From contig JBDIVQ010000006.1 of the NCBI GenBank assembly GCA_039794345.1, positions 1 to 63,055 on the forward strand: DNA of 63,055 nucleotides, written 5' to 3'. This DNA is from Phycisphaerae bacterium. GTDB taxonomy: Bacteria > Planctomycetota > Phycisphaerae > Phycisphaerales > UBA5793. The notes under the pieces are model-generated. The model ran no database searches. It was not told where the DNA came from and worked only from the letters and a program-made list of their open reading frames with translations. Of the stretch, positions 54,775 to 63,055 are shown piece after piece; the stretch's first letter is position 1; each line of letters opens with the position of its first letter. The position numbers were made by a program, and so were the translations under genes.

Positions 54775-55581
54775 ATGATTCACGTCGCCATACTTCAGAC
54801 GCCATATCTCGATGCGATCCTCGAGGGCCGCAAGACGATCGAGATGCGCCTGACGCGCACGAACCGCGTGCCGTTCGAGGCGGTCGAAGTCGGAGAGCGC
54901 GTGTATTTCAAGCAGTCCGGCGGACCGTTCCGCGCCACCGCCGTCGTTGAACACGCGATGTTCAGAGGTGATCTGAAACCAGCCGACCTGGCCCGGGTGA
55001 GGCGCGATTACAACGAGTGGATCGGCGCCGATGCCGCCTTCTGGAACTCGCGCCGCGATTGCCGCTTCTGCACGCTCCTGTGGCTGCGCGACATCGAACG
55101 GGTGCGCTTCGGGCCGCGCATGCGGCCACACCACGGCGTGGCGTGGCAGTGTCTGCCCGAGAGCGCCGATGTCTACCCGGCGTGCGTCGAGCGTGGGGAG
55201 GCGAAGGCGCCGGCCGGCTCGAACGCGCCACCGAAGGGCGAATCCTCCGCGCCGTCCTCGGACCTCGAGCTGAACATCCCGCTCACGGCGGGCAACTTGC
55301 GGCACGGGCATGTTTACCTCGCCCGGCACCTCGATCGCTTCCCCGCCGACGCCTTCGGCGGGCCGACGCGGGCCCAGGCGGGCCGGGCGCTGCGCCTCCA
55401 CCTCGACGGCGCCGGGGTGATCGAGACGGACATCGTCCGGGGGCGGGGGATCTTCCGCAGCCGGGCATGGCGCGGGTGGTTCGCTCGCAGCGGCGCGCAG
55501 CCCGGCGATCACGTCCGGCTGAAGGCGGTAGGCCCGCGCGACTTTCAGGTGTCGCTGCTTCGCGGCGCGGCGCGCCCCTGA
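54775..55581 (+). CDS. ASCH domain protein with additional C-terminal domain
   Basis: PYLDAILEGRKTIEMR (GxKxxExR), GERVYFK; low-complexity linker; ~100 aa basic/aromatic second domain. Confidence 0.8.
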   Translation: MIHVAILQTPYLDAILEGRKTIEMRLTRTNRVPFEAVEVGERVYFKQSGGPFRATAVVEHAMFRGDLKPADLARVRRDYNEWIGADAAFWNSRRDCRFCTLLWLRDIERVRFGPRMRPHHGVAWQCLPESADVYPACVERGEAKAPAGSNAPPKGESSAPSSDLELNIPLTAGNLRHGHVYLARHLDRFPADAFGGPTRAQAGRALRLHLDGAGVIETDIVRGRGIFRSRAWRGWFARSGAQPGDHVRLKAVGPRDFQVSLLRGAARP

Positions 55582-55615
55582 TCGCCCCCGGCGCCTGCCC
55601 ACTACACTTGGACGG

Positions 55616-56545
55616 ATGAATGTCGCGCCGACGGACATCAATGCCGCGCCGCTCGACCGGGTGTTTCACCTTCTCAACCCGGCGCCGCGACTCCGCGCGC
55701 TGTTCGAACTGGCGCGCGATGAGGACCTCGACCGCGCCGGAGACGTTACGACCCGGTGCCTGCGCCTCGCTCCCGCCCGCGTCTCCGCAAACGTGGTGGC
55801 GCGCGAAGGCGGCACGATCGCCGGCACGGCCGCGGCGGCCGCCCTCATCGAGGCCTACGGGAGCAGCGCGACGTTTGAGGCGCCCGTGCGCGACGGCGGG
55901 CGCGTCGAAAAGGGGGCCGTCGTCGGCGTGCTGCGCGGACGGCTCGACGAAGTGCTCGCGATCGAGCGCCCGCTGCTCAACCTTCTCTGCCGCCTCAGCG
56001 GGGTCGCCACGTTCGCGCAGCGCTTCGTGCAGGCGGTCAGCGGCTCGGGCGCCCGCATTTACGACACGCGCAAGACCACGCCGGGCTGGCGCGGGCTGGA
56101 GAAGTACGCGGTTCGCTGCGGCGGCGGGTGGTGCCACCGCCTCGGCCTCTACGACGCCGTCCTCGTCAAGGACAACCACCTCGCGCAGGTCAACGCCGCC
56201 GAACTCACTCGCTGGCTGAGCGAGCGCCTCGCGGCCGCCCGCGATGAGTACAGCCTGCGCTTTATCGAGGTCGAAGTCGATTCGCTCGTGCAGTTGCGGG
56301 CTGTGCTCGATTGCAGTCCGGGCATCATCGACGTCATCCTTCTCGACAACATGGCCCCCAAGGATCTCGTCGCGTCGGTGAAACTCCGCGACGCTAGGCA
56401 GCCGCAGATCGAGCTGGAAGCCTCGGGCGGCGTGACCCTGGAGACGGTCGCGCGCATCGCCGAAACCGGCGTTGAGCGCCTCGCCGTCGGCGCGCTGACG
56501 CATTCGGCGGCCCATCTCGATCTCGGGCTGGACTTCACCTCATGA
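55616..56545 (+). CDS. nadC: Quinolinate phosphoribosyltransferase
   Basis: DTRKTTPG, HRLGLYDAVLVKDNH, IEVEVD, ILLDN, EASGG. Confidence 0.95.
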   Translation: MNVAPTDINAAPLDRVFHLLNPAPRLRALFELARDEDLDRAGDVTTRCLRLAPARVSANVVAREGGTIAGTAAAAALIEAYGSSATFEAPVRDGGRVEKGAVVGVLRGRLDEVLAIERPLLNLLCRLSGVATFAQRFVQAVSGSGARIYDTRKTTPGWRGLEKYAVRCGGGWCHRLGLYDAVLVKDNHLAQVNAAELTRWLSERLAAARDEYSLRFIEVEVDSLVQLRAVLDCSPGIIDVILLDNMAPKDLVASVKLRDARQPQIELEASGGVTLETVARIAETGVERLAVGALTHSAAHLDLGLDFTS

Positions 56546-57288
56546 GCAACGCGGCGGCCTGGAGCGAGTCGCTGCACGCAATCCTGCGCGACGCGGCCGC
56601 GCCGGTGCGCCGCATCGTGGTCCTCGAAGAAACCGAATCGACGCAGGATGAGTGCCGCCGCCTCGCTGGCGACCGGGCCGGCTGCCTCGTGACGACGCGG
56701 CGCCAGACCGGCGGGCGCGGCCGCCTCGGCCGGCGCTGGGCGGATGATCGCGGCGCGGGGGTGGCGCTGACGCTGAGCGTCGCGCCCCAGCCCCCCGAGC
56801 GCCTCGCCCTTGCCGCTGGCATCGCGGTGTGCGAAGCGTGCGAGCACTTCGCGGGTCGAATGCTCCGCCTCCGATGGCCCAACGACGTGACGGCCGACGG
56901 CCCTAAACTCGCGGGCATCCTCGTCGAACGACTCGATCACGTCGCCTTCATCGGCGTGGGAGTCAACGTCAATCAGACCGACTGGACAGCCGATCTCGCC
57001 GGCGCCGCCGTCAGTCTCCGGCAACTGGCCGCCGACCCGATCAACCGCGTGCAGGTCATCGGGCAGATCGTGCAACGCCTGACTGCCGCACTGGGGCGGA
57101 GCGACCGCGAACTGGCGGAAGGCTTCGCGCCGCGGGATGTTCTCACCGGCACGATGCAGACGTTCATTCTGGGCTCGGAGCGAATCACCGGAAGCGTCGA
57201 GCGCGTCGATCCGTTTCACGGCCTGGTCGTGCGCACGTCGGAGGGTCGGCGGTCGCTCCCTGCGGCCCACACGAGCCTGGTTCACTGA
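56542..57288 (+). CDS. birA: Biotin-protein ligase (no HTH domain)
   Basis: ESTQD, QTGGRGRLGRRW, RWPND, KLAGIL, IGVGVN. Confidence 0.93.
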   Translation: MSNAAAWSESLHAILRDAAAPVRRIVVLEETESTQDECRRLAGDRAGCLVTTRRQTGGRGRLGRRWADDRGAGVALTLSVAPQPPERLALAAGIAVCEACEHFAGRMLRLRWPNDVTADGPKLAGILVERLDHVAFIGVGVNVNQTDWTADLAGAAVSLRQLAADPINRVQVIGQIVQRLTAALGRSDRELAEGFAPRDVLTGTMQTFILGSERITGSVERVDPFHGLVVRTSEGRRSLPAAHTSLVH

Positions 57289-57360
57289 GGCGGGCGCGCC
57301 AGGCCCCAAGCGCGGCGTCCGGACAGACGCTTCGTCGATGCCGGACCGACTTCCTATCGT

Positions 57361-58293
57361 TTGGCCTTGCTGCGCTTCCGGCTCATCTTCGGGACGATCT
57401 TCATCGCGGGACTGCTGCTTGTCTTCTGGGTGGACAGCCGGCTCGACTACGTCGTGCTCAGCGGGGCCTCTAGCGATCTCTTCGGCGGTCGCACCTATCT
57501 GCCGTCGGGTCTGGCGCTGCTGGCGCTGTCGGTTGGCCTGCTTCCCTTCGCCTCGTGGGAACTGACGCAGATTCTCCGCGCCAACGACGTTCGAGCCCGC
57601 ACCTGGCTGACCTGCTTCGCCGCCGAACTGGGCCTGCTGCTTCACTTCGCGATTCCATGGAGCACGGATGCCGCGCAAGCCGTCGCCATCGTCGGCACGG
57701 CGCTGGTCGCGATGTTCCTCGTCTCGCTGGTGTACCACAGCCGCGAACGCAACGTCGAAGGCGTCGTTGCCGCCGCGGGCGGAACAATGTTCGGCATGAT
57801 CTACCTCGGGTTCATGCTCGGCTTTCTGCTCTCGATCCGGCGCTGGGAGTCGGCGTGGGTCGTGCTGGCCATCGTCCTGATCACCAAGAGTTGCGACATC
57901 GGCGCCTACTTCACCGGTCGCGCCATCGGCCGGCACAAACTCATCCCCTGGCTCAGCCCGGGCAAGACGTGGGAAGGCCTTTTCGGCGGCATCGTCTTCT
58001 CGATGGGAGTGGCTTCGCTCCTCGCGTGGTGGGGCCGCTCCCTGGAGCCGGTCGTCATCGTCGGGCGCGAGGCGTACGACCACTCCTTCAGCGCCGGACA
58101 CGCGGCGCTCGCCGGCGCCCTGCTCGCCGTCGTCGGGCAGGTCGGCGACCTGATGGCGAGCCTCTTCAAGCGCGATGCAGGGTTGAAGGATTCGTCGCGC
58201 CTTTTGCCGGGCTTCGGCGGCGTGCTGGATGTCCTCGATTCGCCTCTGCTCGCAGGTCCTGCGGCGTACTGGCTCCTCGCCGCCATCTCATGA
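57361..58293 (+). CDS. cdsA: Phosphatidate cytidylyltransferase
   Basis: DIGAYFTG, LSPGKTWEG, GDLMASLFKRDAGLKDS, PGFGGVLD. Confidence 0.93.
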   Translation: MALLRFRLIFGTIFIAGLLLVFWVDSRLDYVVLSGASSDLFGGRTYLPSGLALLALSVGLLPFASWELTQILRANDVRARTWLTCFAAELGLLLHFAIPWSTDAAQAVAIVGTALVAMFLVSLVYHSRERNVEGVVAAAGGTMFGMIYLGFMLGFLLSIRRWESAWVVLAIVLITKSCDIGAYFTGRAIGRHKLIPWLSPGKTWEGLFGGIVFSMGVASLLAWWGRSLEPVVIVGREAYDHSFSAGHAALAGALLAVVGQVGDLMASLFKRDAGLKDSSRLLPGFGGVLDVLDSPLLAGPAAYWLLAAIS

Positions 58294-58336
58294 GCCCGGC
58301 ACGGCACGCGCCCGGAAGCCTCCGTACAGTTCCGGC

Positions 58337-60355
<2,019 letters not shown>

Positions 60356-60358
60356 GGC

Positions 60359-61813
60359 ATGAGTCAGCGACACGCGGCAGGTTCTCCCGCGGCCTCGCCC
60401 GCTTCCCACCCCGGCGAGGCGCTGCGGTCGATTCCTTCCATCCACGGCCTGGTCGAGTCGCTCGAAGCGCAGGGATGGTCGCGGCGCGTGCCCCGCGCCG
60501 TCGTCGTCGAGGCGGCGCGCGAGGCGGTGCAGCGCTTCCGCGAAGAAGCCGCCGGGATTCGCTCGCTCGATGCGAGCCTCGTCGAGGAGCGCCTCCTCCA
60601 CGAGATCGCGATTCAACTGGAGCGCGAGGAGCGCCTGCCGCTGCGCCGGGCCATCAACGCGACGGGGATTCTGCTGCACACGGGGCTCGGCCGCGCGCCC
60701 CTCGCCGAAGCCGCCGTCGATGCCCTCGCCGACGTCGCCGGCGGTTATGCGCCGGTCGAACTCGATCTTGAGTCCGGCGGGCGGGGGAAGCGCCGACACA
60801 TCGTCGAGCGTCTGCTGGCGCGCCTCACCGGCTGCGAAGCGGCGGTCGTCGTCAACAACAACGCCGCGGCGCTCTTGCTCGCGCTCGCGGTGCTGGCGCG
60901 CGGCCGGCGCGTCCTCGTCTCGCGCGGCGAACTCATCGAGATCGGCGGCTCGTTCCGCCTGCCCGAAGTCATCGAGGCCGGCGGCGCCGTTCTGCGCGAG
61001 GTCGGCACGACGAACAAGACTCGGTTAAGCGACTACGAGCGCGCCATCGACGAGACCACGGGCGCGATCCTCAAGGCGCACGCGTCGAACTACCGCATCG
61101 AGGGCTTTACCGCCGCCGTCCAGATCGACGAACTCGCCGCGCTGGGCCGCGCCCGGGGCGTGCCGGTGATTCACGACATCGGCTCGGGAGTGTTGACCGC
61201 TGAACAGGCCGCGCTCCTGCCGGCCGGCGAGCCGGACGCCCGATCCTCCATCGAAGCGGGAGCGGACATCGTGCTCTTCAGCGGCGACAAACTGCTCGGC
61301 GGGCCGCAATGCGGGATCATCATCGGCCGGCGCGATCTCGTCGATCGCATCGACGCCGATCCCCTCATGCGCGCGTTGCGCGTGGACAAGTACACCCTCG
61401 CCGCGCTCGGCGCCACGCTCCAGATTCACCAGGACCCCGTCCGCGTGCAGCGCGATCTGCCGGTGTGGCGGGCCGTGGGGATTTCACTCGATCATCTCCG
61501 CGCCCGCGCGGGCCGGCTCGTCGAGCAACTCGCCGCCATCGACGGCATCGCCGACGTCCAGATCGTGCCTTCGACCGCGTATCTCGGCGGCGGGTCGGTC
61601 CCGGCGCAAGCCATCGAGAGCATCGCGGTGCAGATCACGGCGGAGGAACACAGCGCCGGCGAACTGGCGCGGCGGCTGCGGAGCGGAGCCATCGCCGTCG
61701 TCGCTCGCATCCACGATGAGACGCTCCTGTGCGACCTGCGCTCGATGTTCGACGACGAGGATGGTCATCTCGTCGAGGCGATCCGCGCGGCGATTGGCCC
61801 GAACGCCTCGTAG
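60359..61813 (+). CDS. selA: L-seryl-tRNA(Sec) selenium transferase
   Basis: INATGILLHTGLGRA, VNNNAAA, SRGELIEIGGSFR, EVGTTN, FSGDKLLGGPQ. Confidence 0.96.
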   Translation: MSQRHAAGSPAASPASHPGEALRSIPSIHGLVESLEAQGWSRRVPRAVVVEAAREAVQRFREEAAGIRSLDASLVEERLLHEIAIQLEREERLPLRRAINATGILLHTGLGRAPLAEAAVDALADVAGGYAPVELDLESGGRGKRRHIVERLLARLTGCEAAVVVNNNAAALLLALAVLARGRRVLVSRGELIEIGGSFRLPEVIEAGGAVLREVGTTNKTRLSDYERAIDETTGAILKAHASNYRIEGFTAAVQIDELAALGRARGVPVIHDIGSGVLTAEQAALLPAGEPDARSSIEAGADIVLFSGDKLLGGPQCGIIIGRRDLVDRIDADPLMRALRVDKYTLAALGATLQIHQDPVRVQRDLPVWRAVGISLDHLRARAGRLVEQLAAIDGIADVQIVPSTAYLGGGSVPAQAIESIAVQITAEEHSAGELARRLRSGAIAVVARIHDETLLCDLRSMFDDEDGHLVEAIRAAIGPNAS

Positions 61814-61853
61814 CCCCTAATCTCTCAGGCGCTCGGTGCGGCGCGAACAAGTC

Positions 61854-61950
61854 GGGAGTGTCAGCACGCCTGGTGGCGGTCACGGGCTTCAAACCCGTTG
61901 TGAGGTCTGGAAAACAGGCTTCAGGTGGGTTCGATTCCCATCCACTCCCG
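61854..61950 (+). tRNA. selC: tRNA-Sec (anticodon TCA)
   Basis: gggagtg/cactccc acceptor, acggg-CTTCAAA-cccgt, long variable arm, TTCGATT T-loop, G discriminator; CCA not encoded. Confidence 0.95.
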
Positions 61951-61985
61951 TTGCCTCACTGACCCAACCCGCGGAGGAGTCTGCC

Positions 61986-63055
61986 TTGCGCCGGCACACC
62001 GTGGCATTCAGTCTGATGCTCGTCTCCGCTGGCTGCGCGGGATCTTCGCCTGCTCCGGATGCGGGCCAGTCCGAGCCGGCCGAGACGCCACCCCTCCGGC
62101 GAATCCTATCCGCTGCGTGGAGGATCTTTGACACGGAATCAGACGCTTCGCTGCGCGGAGTCTGCGGCTACGACGAGAGGGTCGCATGGGTCAGCGGCAC
62201 GGGCGGCACGGTGCTTCGGACAATCGACGGCGGGGAGCACTGGGAGAATATCAGTGTGCCCGGCGCTGCGGAACTCGACTTCAGGTGTATCCATGTCTTC
62301 TACGAAGATGACGCGATCGTGCTCAGCGCCGGCTCGCCCGCCCGCGCCTACCAGACAAACGACGGAGGACGGACGTGGAGACTCGCCTTCGAGGACACCC
62401 GGCCCGAGGTGTTCTTCAACGCGATGCGCTTCGATCTGCATGGCTTTGGAGTGGTGTTCGGCGACCCCATCAGCGAAGAACTTCAGGTCATGACTTCCGG
62501 CGACTGGGGCTCAACCTGGCGCCTCTGGCAGGGAGCGCTGGCGCCGATGGCGCTCAAGAACGAGGTCGGCTTCGCCGCGTCAAACTCCGCGCTGGCGCTC
62601 GATGGGGTGTATGTCTTCATCGGACTTGGCGGTGATACGCCTCTCGGGCGGGCAAGAGTGATCGTTCTGGATCCGGCGGCCGGTGAGTGGCGATATGCTG
62701 TGACGCCGATCGCTTCTTCGGCCTCCGCCGGCATCTTCTCTCTCGCCCTGCTGGGACGGAACTGCATTGTGGCCGTCGGAGGCGACTACCTGCAGCCAGA
62801 GAAAGCAGAGGCCCACTGGGCCGTTTCGCATGATCGCGGCCTCACGTGGGTTCAACCCGAGGGTCCCGGGCCGCGAGGCTATTCGAGTTCGGTCGCCGCC
62901 TTTCCGGAACTAGGCCCTGCCGTTGCCCTCGCGGTCGGCCCATATGGACTGGATTTCTCCACGGACGCCGGGAACACGTGGAAGGCCGTAGACGACACGC
63001 CCTGGCACGCCCTCGACACGACGCCGAACGGCAAAGCCGTCTGGATGTCCGGCCC
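61986..63055 (+). CDS. BNR/Ycf48-like beta-propeller lipoprotein (truncated by window end)
   Basis: Absent from the ORF track because it has no stop. GGAGGAG RBS, TTG start, MRRHTVAFSLMLVSAGC lipobox, BNR boxes TIDGGEHW, TNDGGRTW, SGDWGSTW. Confidence 0.85.
   Translation, partial: MRRHTVAFSLMLVSAGCAGSSPAPDAGQSEPAETPPLRRILSAAWRIFDTESDASLRGVCGYDERVAWVSGTGGTVLRTIDGGEHWENISVPGAAELDFRCIHVFYEDDAIVLSAGSPARAYQTNDGGRTWRLAFEDTRPEVFFNAMRFDLHGFGVVFGDPISEELQVMTSGDWGSTWRLWQGALAPMALKNEVGFAASNSALALDGVYVFIGLGGDTPLGRARVIVLDPAAGEWRYAVTPIASSASAGIFSLALLGRNCIVAVGGDYLQPEKAEAHWAVSHDRGLTWVQPEGPGPRGYSSSVAAFPELGPAVALAVGPYGLDFSTDAGNTWKAVDDTPWHALDTTPNGKAVWMSG

Noticed and set aside
61920-63055. Integrated element at selC
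   Set aside because: No integrase or duplicated tRNA 3' end is visible. The next gene is an ordinary BNR lipoprotein.

Overview
High-GC bacterial DNA, most likely a planctomycete of the Phycisphaerales type. Support: an LEPRxLL extracellular protein, a prepilin/H-X9-DG (DUF1559-type) protein, a VPAP-variant PEP-CTERM tail and planctomycete-style palindromic repeats. Housekeeping genes include acnA, nrdR, nuoF, gyrA, ruvC, ruvX, nadC, birA, cdsA, selB, selA and tRNA-Sec. The window also has a ferredoxin-Rieske fusion divergent from a pentaheme cytochrome c, an intergenic REP-like repeat cluster, and an ~18 kb type IV pilus/T2SS-like operon with an embedded kinase-receiver-HD-GYP-STAS module. 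Best candidate for an undescribed system (51367-54673): a cobalamin riboswitch heads three translationally coupled genes encoding a PEP-CTERM surface protein, a protein resembling the Bacteroidetes BtuH B12-binding domain, and a pilin-like H-X9-DG protein. No BtuB/BtuFCD is in the window, and the operon lies one gene from the pilus cluster, suggesting pilus-linked corrinoid capture. All calls are from motif recognition by eye; no searches were run and several start codons are estimates.
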